A DNA stretch of 64,000 nt from Candidatus Moraniibacteriota bacterium. GTDB taxonomy: Bacteria > Patescibacteriota > Minisyncoccia > Moranbacterales > UBA11712. The notes under the pieces were generated by a model. The model did no database searches, was not told the origin of the DNA, and saw only the letters and a program-made list of their open reading frames with translations. This document shows, one piece after another, positions 29,884 through 41,044 of this stretch (positions within the stretch are counted from its first letter, which is position 1; each line of letters opens with the position of its first letter). Made by a program: the position numbers and the translations under genes. The stretch spans positions 18,998-82,997 of the forward strand of contig JAQVJV010000002.1 in NCBI GenBank assembly GCA_028695025.1, read 5' to 3'.

Positions 29884-30522
29884 TTAGTATCCTCCGAAAA
29901 ATCGAATATTTAAACCCTTTAGGTTATTCCAGCCAATTCCGGTATATTCCCAAACATAGGAGAATAAACTGAAAATTGCCAAAACGGTCGTAATCAGCAA
30001 AAGAACCTGAATAATAAACAAAATGACCCAAGAATAGAGAAACTCTTTGAGATATGGTGTGAAGATAAATGAGGAAATAAAAATCATCAAAGCGCATTCA
30101 AATCCAAATTTCCATTTTCCCACCCTTCTGGATTCTACGCTTAGGTTGAGCAAGTAACCGATAACGGAAAGAAACATCAGGGAGAGCTCTATCCTGATAA
30201 TAATTTTCAGTGGCGTTGTAATGATAAAATCTTCCACGGCCGGATTCTGAAGACTGTCCCAAGCGATATACATCAAAGCCAGAAACAAATATTTGTCAGC
30301 AAAGCGGTCCAATGCGCCGCCGAATTTTGTTGCTCCGTTTATACGGGCAACTTTACCATCGATAAAATCAGTGGTGATGGCGCAAAGAAGGCAGATAAAT
30401 GCAACTGCCGGATAATCTTTGCAGGTTAACAAGATAACAGTCGTTAAGATTATGCGACTGAATGTAATTTGGTTTGCCCTATTTTTAATCCGATCCAGCC
30501 AAACAGTTATTAAGGTGCCCAC
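29884..30522 (-). CDS. CDP-alcohol phosphatidyltransferase (PgsA-like)
   Basis: ANQITFSR and DFIDGKVAR..GGALDRFAD signature; multiple TM helices. Confidence 0.9.
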   Translation of the reverse strand: MGTLITVWLDRIKNRANQITFSRIILTTVILLTCKDYPAVAFICLLCAITTDFIDGKVARINGATKFGGALDRFADKYLFLALMYIAWDSLQNPAVEDFIITTPLKIIIRIELSLMFLSVIGYLLNLSVESRRVGKWKFGFECALMIFISSFIFTPYLKEFLYSWVILFIIQVLLLITTVLAIFSLFSYVWEYTGIGWNNLKGLNIRFFGGY

Positions 30523-30550
30523 GGCCTACCCCCCTATAATTTTTGAGAAT

Positions 30551-31531
30551 TTACTGCAAAAACCCAACCTTCTCCCGCACGTCCTCCATTTTTTTTGCGG
30601 CGAGGGATTTGCCTTTTCCCCGTCCGGTTTCGAGGATATCAAGAACATCCTTGTCGTTGATATCATTGTATTTTGCCTGGAAATTGCCCAAGAAGTCAAC
30701 TATGACCTCCGCTAGGTCGTTTTTGAACTCGGCATAGCCTTTCCCTTTGTAAGATTGCTCGATATCCTCCGGTTTGGCGTTGTCGAGGAGGGCGTAAATA
30801 TTGATGAGGTTCCGGATGGCCGGCTTGTCGTCGGCATAGCGGATGCTTTTTCCGCTGTCAGTGACGGCGCGCCTCACTTTTTCACGGATTTTTTCGGGGG
30901 AATCGGTGAGGGCGATGTAATTCAATTCCGAGGAAGCGGATTTTGACATTTTTTTTGCTGGATCGTCGAGGCCCATGATACGCATGCCTTCCTTCACGAT
31001 AAAAGCTTCGGGAACAGTGAAAGTTTCCCTGAACTGGTGATTGAACCGGCGAGCCAGCGTGCGGGCGAGTTCCACATGTTGGAGCTGGTCTTCTCCGACT
31101 GGTACGACATTGGTATCATACAGCAAGATATCCGCGGCCATGAGGACGGGATAATCAAAAAGCCCGGCATTGATATTTTCCCGATGCTCTTGGGATTTGT
31201 CTTTGAACTGGGTCATTTTGTCGAGTTCGGGCATTTTGGTGAGTGTGTTCAAAATCCAGCCGAGTTCGGCGTGTTCGGAAACCTGCGACTGAACGAAAAT
31301 TGTGGCACTCTGCGTATCAATTCCCGAAGCGATATAGGTTTTGGCCAGTTCAAGCGTATTGCGGCGAAGCTCTTCCGGATTTTGCGGGACGGTGATGGCG
31401 TGAAGGTCGACGATGCAAAAAATGGAATCGTATTCTTTTTGGAGCGCCACCCAATTTTTGACCGCGCCCAGATAATTTCCAAGATGGAGGTTGCCGGACG
31501 GCTGGATGCCGGAAAAAATGCGTTTTTTCAT
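30551..31531 (-). CDS. trpS: tryptophanyl-tRNA synthetase
   Basis: SGIQPSGNLHLGNYLGA, VPVGEDQ, KMSKS. Confidence 0.99.
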   Translation of the reverse strand: MKKRIFSGIQPSGNLHLGNYLGAVKNWVALQKEYDSIFCIVDLHAITVPQNPEELRRNTLELAKTYIASGIDTQSATIFVQSQVSEHAELGWILNTLTKMPELDKMTQFKDKSQEHRENINAGLFDYPVLMAADILLYDTNVVPVGEDQLQHVELARTLARRFNHQFRETFTVPEAFIVKEGMRIMGLDDPAKKMSKSASSELNYIALTDSPEKIREKVRRAVTDSGKSIRYADDKPAIRNLINIYALLDNAKPEDIEQSYKGKGYAEFKNDLAEVIVDFLGNFQAKYNDINDKDVLDILETGRGKGKSLAAKKMEDVREKVGFLQ

Positions 31532-31680
31532 ATATATTTGATAAGAGTTTATTCTCGGATTATAATGTATTTAAATAGTAATTTGTAATCGGCGATTAGT
31601 AAAGGGGATTGGCCCTTATTCCGGTTGCAAAGACTTTGACTTTTTTCGGACTTGTGCTAATCTCTTCTGTATTCTAAAAT

Positions 31681-32031
31681 ATGCTACGCCTCATCATCCA
31701 CATTCTTTCCAACGCAGTCGGGATCTGGGCCTCGGCGCGGCTGGTGCCGGGGATATATTTTGACGGCGATTGGACTTGGCTGATCCTTGCAGGTGCGGTT
31801 CTGGGAGCAATCAATTTTTTCGTGAAGCCGGTGGTGAAGATAATCTCCCTTCCGCTCATCTGGATCACGCTTGGCCTTTTCACGATTGTCATCAATGTAT
31901 TGATGCTTATCCTGGTGTCCCATATTGTTTCGGCGCTCGTGATTGAAACTTGGACGGCTGCTTTCTGGGCGGTGGTTGTGATCAGCATTGTCAACTTTTT
32001 TGTATCATCAGTAATAAACGAAAATGATTGA
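31681..32031 (+). CDS. 4-TM membrane protein, YvlD/phage holin family 4-like
   Basis: NFFVKPVVKIISLPL..TLGLFTIVIN. Confidence 0.9.
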   Translation: MLRLIIHILSNAVGIWASARLVPGIYFDGDWTWLILAGAVLGAINFFVKPVVKIISLPLIWITLGLFTIVINVLMLILVSHIVSALVIETWTAAFWAVVVISIVNFFVSSVINEND

Positions 32032-32257
32032 AAAAATTCTCATTTGGGCCCAAATAGCCGTATCCGTCCTTCTTGCGGTTTCCATTTTGTTGCAAAATCG
32101 CGGAGCCGGCCTTTCCGCTTCATTCGGCGGCGACTTTGGGGGATATTACACCAAACGGGGGATGGAAAAATTCCTCTATTGGGCATCGGTATTTCTTTCG
32201 GCGGTCTTTTTAGGACTGGCGGTGGCGAATATCTATTTCAGCTCGAAGGGAGCATAG
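32024..32257 (+). CDS. secG: preprotein translocase subunit SecG
   Basis: two TMs with ILLQNRGAGLSASFGG..TKRGMEKFL. Confidence 0.93.
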   Translation: MIEKILIWAQIAVSVLLAVSILLQNRGAGLSASFGGDFGGYYTKRGMEKFLYWASVFLSAVFLGLAVANIYFSSKGA

Positions 32258-32267
32258 TTCATAGATA

Positions 32268-33950
32268 ATGAACAGAAACTTTTGGCAAAAATTTTCTCGG
32301 GTTTTTTCCGCCAAAGAGCGGATGACCGTTTTTTCGTTGGTCCTTTTGGTGGCGATTTCCCTTATTGCTACGGTTTTGGGAATTTATTATTCCCTCACAA
32401 AACCCATTCCGGTTCCGGGCGGGGAATATTCCGAAGGGATCATCGGCCAGCCGATGTATATCAATCCGGTTTTGGCGGCCGGAAATGAAGCGGATGCCGA
32501 TCTCACCCGGCTTATCTATTCCGGACTTTTCAAATATGACAGTGATGGGAAAATCGTGCCTGACCTTGCGGAAAACTACGAGGTTTCCGGGGATGGATTG
32601 GAGTATACGGTGCATCTCAAAAGAGACATCAAATGGCACGACGGCGAACCTTTCGGTTCCGACGACGTTATTTTTACGATTCAAGCTATTGAAGATCCGG
32701 CTTTCAAAAGTCCTTTGCGCCAGAATTGGCAAGGGGTGGGAGTTGAGCAGATTGATGAAAATACGCTGAAGTTCATCTTGCCGGCGGCCTATGCCTTTTT
32801 TCCAAATAACCTCACGGTTGGGATTATTCCGAAACATGTTTGGGAAACGGTGGCTCCGGCCAATTTCTCCCTTGCGGAATATAACTTGCGTCCGGTAGGA
32901 ACCGGTCCCTATGAATCCGTCGATTTTTCCAAGGATTCGGGCGGCATGATTCTCTCCTACAAGCTGGCGGCCAATCCGGAATATTTTTCTGCGAGTCCCT
33001 ATATCAAAACCATTACTTTCCAATTCTATCCCGACGAAGATTCAATGATTGAGGCGTATAACAACAAACAGATTTTCGGGACGAGCTCTCTTTCTCCGGA
33101 CAAATTGAAAGACGTGAAAAGCCAGCGAAGCGCGAATATAATTTCAGCGACTCTTCCGCGCTATTTCGCCGTTTTTTTCAATCAGCAAAAAAATAAAGCG
33201 ATCGCCGACCGGGATGTGAGAAAAGCGCTCTCGCAAGCGGTTGACCGGGCGGATATCGTGGGGAAAGTTTTTGAAGGGCAGGGCCGGGAAATTTTTTCGC
33301 CGCTTCCGCCGGGAGCTTTGGGCGCGACTGATGACGTGAAAAAGTTTGATTTCAATATTGAAGACGCCAAAAAAACGCTCGACGAAGCCGGCTGGAAAGC
33401 GGGGGATGACGGTTTTCGGGTGAAAAGCGGGGAGCCGCTTGAATTTACGCTTGTCACCACCGACTGGCCGCAACTGGTGGACACGGCCAATATTCTCAAA
33501 AGCGAGTGGGAAGCGATCGGCGCCAAAGTGGATATTGATTTTGAAAGTATTGGTGACATCCAGCAAAATTTCATCCGTCCCCGCGAATACGACGCGCTTC
33601 TTTTCGGGCAGAGCTGGCCGATGGCCGAGCCGGATCCCTATTCTTTTTGGCATTCCTCGCAAACCAAGGATCCGGGATTGAATCTCTCACTTTACTCCAA
33701 TCCGGATGTCGACAAAATTCTGGAAAAATTGCGCGCGGAAAACGACGAAGAAAAACGGGAGGAACTGTATGGCGATTTTCAAAGGGAGCTCACGGACGAT
33801 ATTCCGGCCATTTTCCTTTACAGTCCAAACTATTTGAGCGTGATGAATAAAAAAGTACAGGGAGTAGATGTTACCTCGCTGGTTTCATCGGATCAAAAGT
33901 TTGCCAATGTCACTGAGTGGTACATGAAGACGAAGAGGGTAAGAAAGTAA
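32268..33950 (+). CDS. peptide ABC transporter substrate-binding protein (family 5)
   Basis: IVPDLAE, WHDGEPFGSDDVIFT, PVGTGPY; N-terminal TM anchor. Confidence 0.93.
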   Translation: MNRNFWQKFSRVFSAKERMTVFSLVLLVAISLIATVLGIYYSLTKPIPVPGGEYSEGIIGQPMYINPVLAAGNEADADLTRLIYSGLFKYDSDGKIVPDLAENYEVSGDGLEYTVHLKRDIKWHDGEPFGSDDVIFTIQAIEDPAFKSPLRQNWQGVGVEQIDENTLKFILPAAYAFFPNNLTVGIIPKHVWETVAPANFSLAEYNLRPVGTGPYESVDFSKDSGGMILSYKLAANPEYFSASPYIKTITFQFYPDEDSMIEAYNNKQIFGTSSLSPDKLKDVKSQRSANIISATLPRYFAVFFNQQKNKAIADRDVRKALSQAVDRADIVGKVFEGQGREIFSPLPPGALGATDDVKKFDFNIEDAKKTLDEAGWKAGDDGFRVKSGEPLEFTLVTTDWPQLVDTANILKSEWEAIGAKVDIDFESIGDIQQNFIRPREYDALLFGQSWPMAEPDPYSFWHSSQTKDPGLNLSLYSNPDVDKILEKLRAENDEEKREELYGDFQRELTDDIPAIFLYSPNYLSVMNKKVQGVDVTSLVSSDQKFANVTEWYMKTKRVRK

Positions 33951-33978
33951 TATGAGTATATAAATTAGCATTACAAAT

Positions 33979-35007
33979 ATGAATACAAATATCGACAAAG
34001 AAAATCTCTACGATGTAATTAAGAACATTCCCAACCAGCTGGTGGCGGGGCTGGATTTGGCAAGAGATGTGAAAATCGATGGCGATTTCAAATCGATTGT
34101 CGTTTCCGGGATGGGCGGATCGGCTCTTCCAGCCAATCTTCTCCGGATCTATCTCCATGACCTTTTTGCCCGGGATCCCGAAGCCAACCACCGTTTTGGA
34201 ATTTTCCAAAACCGTTTTTATGCCCTTCCTCCGGAGGCCTATGGCCATTGTCTTAATATCATTTCTTCTTATTCCGGAAATACCGAAGAGACGGTTTCTT
34301 CTTTTTCGGAAGCGCTTGGAAACAATCTTCCCTCTGTGGCTATCGCTTCTGGCGGAAAGGTGGTTGAAATGTGTGAAGCGCATGATGTTCCGTACGTGAA
34401 AATGCCGCCCCCGGAGGTTGTTCTTCAGCCGCGGATGGCCAATGGCTATAATTTTGCCATTCTTTTCCAGATTTTGGTGAATTCAGGGATGGTGAAGGAT
34501 CAAAGGGCTGAATTTGAATCAGCGGCGGCCAAACTCAAAGAAACAGCGGATAAGTTTGAGGAACTTGGGAAAAAATTAGCTGGGGAGTTGGCGGGCAAAA
34601 CACCGGTCATATACGGGTCAACCCGGTTCAAATCGCTCGCGATGATTTGGAAGATTATGTTCAACGAAAATGCCAAAACCCCGGCTTTTTGGAATTTCTT
34701 CCCGGAACTCAACCACAATGAAATGGTTGGCTTCACCAAGCTTCAGGGAGGTTTCCATATAGCAGTTCTGAAAGACGGGAATGATCATCCGCGTAATTTG
34801 AAACGTATCGAAGCCACGCTCTCAATCCTCGAGGGCTATGGTGTCAGCTCATCAGTTGTTGAAATACCTGAAGGAAATATTCTTTTTCGAATTTTTGCCA
34901 CTTTGCAAATCGGCTGTTGGGCATCATACTATCTCGCGCTAAAATATGGGATCGATCCGACTCCGGTCGATATGGTGGAGAAATTGAAGGTTGAATTGAC
35001 AAAATAG
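33979..35007 (+). CDS. bifunctional phosphoglucose/phosphomannose isomerase (SIS domain)
   Basis: GMGGSA, SYSGNTEET, NENAK, PELNHNE. Confidence 0.93.
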   Translation: MNTNIDKENLYDVIKNIPNQLVAGLDLARDVKIDGDFKSIVVSGMGGSALPANLLRIYLHDLFARDPEANHRFGIFQNRFYALPPEAYGHCLNIISSYSGNTEETVSSFSEALGNNLPSVAIASGGKVVEMCEAHDVPYVKMPPPEVVLQPRMANGYNFAILFQILVNSGMVKDQRAEFESAAAKLKETADKFEELGKKLAGELAGKTPVIYGSTRFKSLAMIWKIMFNENAKTPAFWNFFPELNHNEMVGFTKLQGGFHIAVLKDGNDHPRNLKRIEATLSILEGYGVSSSVVEIPEGNILFRIFATLQIGCWASYYLALKYGIDPTPVDMVEKLKVELTK

Positions 35008-35138
35008 CCGATTGGGTGTATAATTTGAAAATTGGAGTGTCTTCTTCATCAAATATAGATAAAAAATACTTTATATAAGCCTTTTTATTGAATAAACGAT
35101 TTTGACGGGACATTGATTCTCGTTATTTGGGGATGCAG

Positions 35139-35177
35139 ACCCCGCAATATTTCGCTTCGCTCAATAGGCGGGGCAGG
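35139..35177. repeat. ACCCCG..CGGGGCAGG palindromic element upstream of tRNA-Leu
   Basis: accccgcaatatttcgcttcgctcaataggcggggcagg. Confidence 0.65.
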
Positions 35178-35191
35178 CACGTAGCTGTAAA

Positions 35192-35275
35192 GCCTTGGTG
35201 GCGGAACTGGCAGACGCGCTAGCTTCAGGAGCTAGTGAGAGCAATCTCGTGGGAGTTCAAATCTCCCCCAAGGCA
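35192..35275 (+). tRNA. tRNA-Leu(CAG)
   Basis: GCCTTGG/CCAAGGC acceptor stem, ctagc-TTCAGGA-gctag anticodon arm, long variable arm, GTTCAAATC. Confidence 0.95.
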
Positions 35276-35366
35276 CGAAGTTATATCTTTTCTAATAATT
35301 AACAAACGGGATTTTGTTTTTGAGGTTCAGCCTTGAAAATACAAAATTCCCAAGATAAACTTTTCT

Positions 35367-37268
35367 ATGAAAAAAACAACAAGGCCGGTAGACGGAGTTT
35401 CCGCCCAGACCGGCCGAAAAAAGGAAATCCGCTCCAAAAGCGGACAAAGTGTTCGGCGCCGCCGCCGGTTCAATCCGGCGAAGAAAAAAATGGCTGCGCC
35501 GAGTCCTGAAGAAAATGTGCTCCGTCTCACTTCAAGCCCCGCTTTCCAAAAAGCGCTTGCGAGGAAGGCGGAATCACAGAAAAGCGCTCCTTCAAGGAGC
35601 AATACTCTTCGCATCATCCCTCTCGGGGGGCAGGAAGAAGTCGGCCGCAACATGACGGTTTTTGAGTATGGCGAAGATATCGTGGTCCTTGATATGGGAC
35701 TCCAATTTCCGGAAGAAGATATGCCGGGGATTGACTATATCGTTCCGAATACGAACTATCTCAAAGGCCGGGAAAAAAATATCCGCGGGGTGATTTTGAG
35801 CCACGGACATCTTGACCACATCGGGGCGGCGCCGATCCTCCTCAAAAAACTGAATTATCCGCCGGTGATCGGGCGTGATCTCACCTTGGCGCTTGTGAAA
35901 AAGAAGCTCGACGACCATGAAAAAGGTTCGGCCCAGAAACTCAAAGCGATGCGGGTGAATTCGATCCGTGACAAAATCCGCCTTGGAAAATTTGAAGTGA
36001 ATTTCTTTGATGTCGAGCATTCCATCATGGACGCGGTCGGAGTGATTCTCAAAACTCCCTCAGGAACGGTTATCCACCCGGGCGACTGGACGATGGGGAA
36101 AGATTCGATGAGCGGAAAAATGATCACCTACCATCATCTTGCGAAACTTCCGAGCCCGCGCATCGTGATGCTCGAGAGTTTGGGCGCGGTGGATACGCGT
36201 ACGGTAACGACTACGGACAAGGAAATGTATGAAAATATCGAAAGGTTGATTTCCAAAGCCCGGGGCCGGGTGATCATCGGCACGTTTTCCTCGCAGATCC
36301 GCCGTATCGGGCATATCATTGAATACGCCGGGAGCATCGGAAAAAAAGTGGCGCTTGACGGATACAGCATGAAGACGAATATCGAAATCGCAAAAGAACT
36401 CGGATATGTGAAAGCTCACAGGGAAACGCTCATTCCCATCTCGGAGATCCATAACTATCCCGAGAATAAGATTGTTGTGATTTGCACGGGGGCGCAAGGC
36501 GAAGGGAATGCGGTACTTTCCCGCATCATCACGGACAACCACCGCTACGTCAAAATCCAAAAAGACGACACAGTGATATTCTCTTCCTCGGTGATTCCCG
36601 GGAATGAACGGACGATCCAGCGGCTGAAGGATAACTTGTATCGCAAGAGCGACAATGTGATCCATAGCGACATCATGGATGTCCATACAAGCGGACACTC
36701 GAACGCGGAGGATATCAAAAATATTCTTCGCCAGATGAAGCCGGATTTCTTTTTGCCGGTCTATGCCAACCACTATATGCTCAAGGAAGCGGCGCGGCTG
36801 GCTCGCGAGATCGGGATCAAAAAAGAAAATATATTTGTGCTCGACAACGGGGATCTCATTGAATTTGAAAAAGGAAAAGCGCGGGTCCAACCCCGGAAAG
36901 CCGACACGAGCTACGTCATGGTGGACGGGCTCGGAGTGGGCGACATCGGCCAGGTGGTCCTTCGCGACCGCCAGCTCCTTGCTCGTGACGGGATGTTCAC
37001 GATCGTGACGATCATTGATTCGAAAACGAAGCGCGTTATCGGCGAGCCGCAAGTGACAAGCCGCGGGTTCATCTACGTCAAGGAAAATTTCGACCTGGTG
37101 AACGCGACCAAGCGCAAAGTGAAGGAAGTGGTGCACAACGCGACGGCGAAAGATGAATCGATCGATTGGAATTATGTCCGTGACCAGATCCGCGACACAG
37201 TCGGCCAGTTCCTCTTCCAAAAAACCGAACGCCGGCCGATGGTTTTGCCGGTGGTGATTGAAGTGTAA
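35367..37268 (+). CDS. rnj: ribonuclease J with basic N-terminal extension
   Basis: IPLGGQEEVGRNM, HGHLDHIG, HTSGH, RRPMVLPVVIEV. Confidence 0.97.
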   Translation: MKKTTRPVDGVSAQTGRKKEIRSKSGQSVRRRRRFNPAKKKMAAPSPEENVLRLTSSPAFQKALARKAESQKSAPSRSNTLRIIPLGGQEEVGRNMTVFEYGEDIVVLDMGLQFPEEDMPGIDYIVPNTNYLKGREKNIRGVILSHGHLDHIGAAPILLKKLNYPPVIGRDLTLALVKKKLDDHEKGSAQKLKAMRVNSIRDKIRLGKFEVNFFDVEHSIMDAVGVILKTPSGTVIHPGDWTMGKDSMSGKMITYHHLAKLPSPRIVMLESLGAVDTRTVTTTDKEMYENIERLISKARGRVIIGTFSSQIRRIGHIIEYAGSIGKKVALDGYSMKTNIEIAKELGYVKAHRETLIPISEIHNYPENKIVVICTGAQGEGNAVLSRIITDNHRYVKIQKDDTVIFSSSVIPGNERTIQRLKDNLYRKSDNVIHSDIMDVHTSGHSNAEDIKNILRQMKPDFFLPVYANHYMLKEAARLAREIGIKKENIFVLDNGDLIEFEKGKARVQPRKADTSYVMVDGLGVGDIGQVVLRDRQLLARDGMFTIVTIIDSKTKRVIGEPQVTSRGFIYVKENFDLVNATKRKVKEVVHNATAKDESIDWNYVRDQIRDTVGQFLFQKTERRPMVLPVVIEV

Positions 37269-37305
37269 TTCGTGTAACACGAAACGCATAATTCAAAACT
37301 AAATT

Positions 37306-37341
37306 AAAAAACCCGATGCCAACTTGCAGCGTCGGGTTTTT
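37306..37341 (+). terminator. intrinsic terminator after rnj
   Basis: aaaaacccgatgc..gcgtcgggttttt. Confidence 0.65.
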
Positions 37342-37449
37342 GGTTGGCATATTTTTTTTGGTTGCGGGTTATTCTTTGTTGGGATATAATGTTGTCAATA
37401 AAAGCTCTTTTAAATTTATTTTTTTATATCATAGAACAGGGGGAGAAAA

Positions 37450-37980
37450 ATGAAACCCAAAAGAAAGAATAGGTTGTTTTTCTTTACGCTAGCAACTATA
37501 GGTTGTGTTGTAGGCGCCTGTCTGATTTGGTGCGATTTAGGGCAGAAAACATCTTTGCAAGAGCAGGTTATCGGGGATGTGCCTGAAGGTGTTCAAGTCC
37601 ATCCATACCAAATGTGCGGGAAGCAAGAAGAATACCAATGCCCTTTATCATCTAACCAAATGCAAAATGTTGGATCCTTGGATAATCTCAAAAAAATCGC
37701 TGAAAAAAAACCAATTTATCTGATGGTTTGCGTTAGGCCTGAAAATAAAAAAGTCACACTTCGGTATGTTACTGTCGATGGCTGTAGTGCGTATTCAGTT
37801 GATCAGTCGCTGAATAAGGAATTTGACTCCAGTTGTGGTTTTGGCTGGAAGTACAAAGTTGACAATGGCAAACTTGTCGCCCAGTCGATAAATTGTCATT
37901 ATTTGGCAGTTGCTGGAGTCGTCATTATTTTATTGGCCTCGATGACAATTATCATTCCAGTCAATCTAAGGGGGGCATAA
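37450..37980 (+). CDS. hypothetical membrane protein (N- and C-terminal TM, Cys-rich loop)
   Basis: 176-aa ORF, GGGGAG SD, TATAAT at 37385. Confidence 0.7.
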   Translation: MKPKRKNRLFFFTLATIGCVVGACLIWCDLGQKTSLQEQVIGDVPEGVQVHPYQMCGKQEEYQCPLSSNQMQNVGSLDNLKKIAEKKPIYLMVCVRPENKKVTLRYVTVDGCSAYSVDQSLNKEFDSSCGFGWKYKVDNGKLVAQSINCHYLAVAGVVIILLASMTIIIPVNLRGA

Positions 37981-38138
37981 TTATGCCAAAAAATATTACC
38001 CCGGAGCTTTGCTAACAATAGCAAGATAAGTTCCGGGGTTTACTTTTTTTACTTTATCCTTTACAATACAAACTTAGTTTGGGCTTTTAACCTCACCCCG
38101 ACCCTCTCCTTATATAAGGCGAAGGAGACGAGGAATAT

Positions 38139-40967
38139 ATGAAAAAATCTCACTTAATTATCAAAGGCGCGCGGGTGAATAACCTCAAAAACGTCGACGT
38201 GAAAATTCCCCGCGACAAAATTGTGGTCGTCACCGGCCTTTCTGGTTCGGGAAAATCGTCCCTTGCTTTTGACACGATATTTGCGGAAGGGCATCGCCGC
38301 TATGTTGAAAATCTTTCCGCCTATGCCCGCCAGTTTTTGGCTTCGGTAAAAAAGCCGGAAATCGAAAAAATTGAAAATTTGTCGCCGGTGATCGCGATTG
38401 ACCAGACAAATGTGAACCGTTCCCCGCGCTCGACGGTTGGGACGATGACGGAGCTTTATGATTGGCTACGGATTCTCTTTGCTCGTCTCGGGAAACCGCA
38501 TTGTCCGAAATGCGGCCGGGAACTCACTCAGCGGACCGCTTCGGAAATTGCCGACGAAATCCTGGCGGAAAAAGAAGAAATAAAATCGCAAATAGCGATC
38601 CTTGCGGGCGCGAAAGATAAAAGCAAACCGTTGAAAGAGAAATTGTCCTCATTTGAGCAGATGGGGTACGCCCGGGTGCGGCTCGGCGAGAAAACAATTC
38701 CCGTTTCGCAAGCGCGTTTTGAAATCGGAAAAATGCCGGAGAATAGCCAGATAGAAGCGGTGATCGATCGGGTGATGATTGACGGGAAATTTCATGACCG
38801 CGAACGGCTGGTGGATTCCATTGAAACGGCGATGAAGGCGAGCGGCGGGGAAGTGGCCATCGCTATTCCCGGAAAGGAAGACCGGAAATACAACCGCTAT
38901 CTCATTTGTTCCGATTGCGGCATTTCCATTTCCGAAATCACGCCCCGGAATTTTTCTTTCAACAATCCGGAAGGGGCATGCCTCGCTTGCGCGGGACTCG
39001 GGACGAAGCTCGAAGTGGATGTTTCCCAGGTGATTCCCAACAGAAACTTGAGCGTCCGCGAGGGAGCCATCAAGCCCTGGAACTTGGCGAGCGCGCGAAA
39101 CGGGAATGCGACCAAGATCGAACAGATGCTTGAAAAAATTTCCAAAGAATCCGGTTTTTCTTTGGATGTTCCGGTGAAAAAACTTGATCCCGAATTTTTG
39201 GACATGTTGATTTATGGCACCCGGGATTTTGAAGGAGCGGTGACTATGCTTGAGCGCAAATACAAGGAAGCGAACTCCGATTTCTCCCGCGGAGAGGCGG
39301 AAAAGTATATGATCATGAAGACCTGTCCCATTTGCAAAGGCCGGCGCCTCAAAAAAGAATCACTCGCCGTGAAAATCGCCGGAAGTTCCATCGCCGATTT
39401 TTCCGAAACGCCGCTTGATATGCTCAAGGAAAAAATGTCAGCCATCCGGGGCATCCCGCAGCTTCCCGCTTTCGGGAAAAAACTGCTTGCCGAGATTTTG
39501 GGAGAAGTCGAAAAGACCATCGGCAACCTTTGCGAAGCGGGCCTTGGATACCTCACGCTGTCTCGGAGTGCCAATTCGCTTTCGGGCGGTGAGTCGCAGA
39601 GAGTGAGGCTTGCGGTGCAGATCGGATCGGGACTCACGGGGATCCTCTATGTACTAGACGAGCCGTCCATAGGCCTTCACGAGCGGGATACTGAAAAATT
39701 GGTCGGGGTTTTTGAAAAATTGAGAGACGAGGGAAACAGCGTGGTCGTGGTTGAGCACGACGCGCAAATCATGAAAAAAGCGGATTGGATAATCGACATG
39801 GGGCCGGGAGCGGGGGAAAACGGAGGAGAGATAATTTTTTCCGGAACTCCTCAAAAAATGCGCGCGGCCAAAACGGAAACGGCGCAGTTCTTGGGCGGGA
39901 AGAAAAAGATTTTTGAAAAGAAAAAACCTGCCCGAAATGCTTCGCGTAGCGATGCAGGCGGGTATCGCAAAGGCAATGGAAGAAAGATTACGGTTGTCGG
40001 CGCCGGGGAGCATAACCTCAAAAACATCGATGTTGATTTTCCTCTCGGGAAAATGATTGTCCTCACGGGCGTGTCGGGTTCGGGGAAGAGTTCTCTTGTG
40101 AGTGACATATTGGGGAAAGCTTTGAGCCGGCATTTTTACAAAGCGAAAGATCCGGCCGGGAAACATAAAGCAGTCAAAGGACTCGGGAATATTTCCAAAG
40201 TGATTGAGATTGACCAGTCTCCGATCGGGCGTACGCCGCGGTCGAACGCCGCGACTTATACGGGAGTTTTTTCCCATATCCGGGATATTTTTGCGTCTCT
40301 TCCGGAAGCAAAGAAACTGCATCTCAATGCCACGCATTTCAGTTTCAACATGAAGGGCGGGCGCTGCGAAGTTTGCCAGGGAGAGGGGCAGAAAAAAATC
40401 GAAATGCATCTTTTGCCGGATATCTATGTCCCTTGCGAGGCTTGCGGCGGGACGCGGTTCAGCCAAAAAGTTTTGTCGGTGGAATATCAGGGGGCGAACG
40501 TGGCCGATGTTCTTGACATGAGCGCGGATTATGCCTGGCGGTTCTTCCAAAACCATCCGCTGGTGGCTGAGAAATTGGAGACTCTCAACCGGGTGGGGCT
40601 CGGATATCTAAAATTGGGCCAGTCGGCGATGCATCTTTCCGGCGGGGAGGCGCAGCGCATCAAACTGGCGACGGAACTTTCGCGGCGCACGAACGGGAAG
40701 GCTTTTTATATCCTCGACGAGCCGACGATCGGTCTTCATTTCGGCGATGTGGCGCGGCTTCTCAAGATTTTGGACGAGTTGGTGGAAAAAGGGAATACGG
40801 TTCTTATTGTCGAACATAATCTGGATGTCATTCGTTCAGCTGATTGGGTGATTGAGCTCGGTCCCGAAGGCGGGGCATACGGCGGAGAGATTGTTTTTGA
40901 AGGAACGCCGAAAGAAATGGTGAAGGCGAAAACATGGACGGCGAAATATCTAAAAAATAAAAACTAA
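38139..40967 (+). CDS. uvrA: excinuclease ABC subunit A
   Basis: GLSGSGKS and GVSGSGKS Walker A motifs, two LSGGE signatures, zinc fingers. Confidence 0.98.
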   Translation: MKKSHLIIKGARVNNLKNVDVKIPRDKIVVVTGLSGSGKSSLAFDTIFAEGHRRYVENLSAYARQFLASVKKPEIEKIENLSPVIAIDQTNVNRSPRSTVGTMTELYDWLRILFARLGKPHCPKCGRELTQRTASEIADEILAEKEEIKSQIAILAGAKDKSKPLKEKLSSFEQMGYARVRLGEKTIPVSQARFEIGKMPENSQIEAVIDRVMIDGKFHDRERLVDSIETAMKASGGEVAIAIPGKEDRKYNRYLICSDCGISISEITPRNFSFNNPEGACLACAGLGTKLEVDVSQVIPNRNLSVREGAIKPWNLASARNGNATKIEQMLEKISKESGFSLDVPVKKLDPEFLDMLIYGTRDFEGAVTMLERKYKEANSDFSRGEAEKYMIMKTCPICKGRRLKKESLAVKIAGSSIADFSETPLDMLKEKMSAIRGIPQLPAFGKKLLAEILGEVEKTIGNLCEAGLGYLTLSRSANSLSGGESQRVRLAVQIGSGLTGILYVLDEPSIGLHERDTEKLVGVFEKLRDEGNSVVVVEHDAQIMKKADWIIDMGPGAGENGGEIIFSGTPQKMRAAKTETAQFLGGKKKIFEKKKPARNASRSDAGGYRKGNGRKITVVGAGEHNLKNIDVDFPLGKMIVLTGVSGSGKSSLVSDILGKALSRHFYKAKDPAGKHKAVKGLGNISKVIEIDQSPIGRTPRSNAATYTGVFSHIRDIFASLPEAKKLHLNATHFSFNMKGGRCEVCQGEGQKKIEMHLLPDIYVPCEACGGTRFSQKVLSVEYQGANVADVLDMSADYAWRFFQNHPLVAEKLETLNRVGLGYLKLGQSAMHLSGGEAQRIKLATELSRRTNGKAFYILDEPTIGLHFGDVARLLKILDELVEKGNTVLIVEHNLDVIRSADWVIELGPEGGAYGGEIVFEGTPKEMVKAKTWTAKYLKNKN
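39927..39962 (+). repeat. 36-bp palindromic repeat read in-frame in uvrA ([12 protein letters not shown])
   Basis: 32/36 identical to the reverse complement of intergenic 6098-6133. Confidence 0.85.
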
Positions 40968-41044
40968 AATCGAAAAACTGCAAATAAGAATTGAATATCA
41001 GATTTAAAGCATTGCTTTTAAGTTTTATATTTTCGGTTTTAGTT

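Noticed and set aside
1255-32031. Prophage suggested by the BRO antirepressor-like and holin-like genes
   Set aside because: The genes are 30 kb apart among housekeeping genes; no terminase, capsid or integrase
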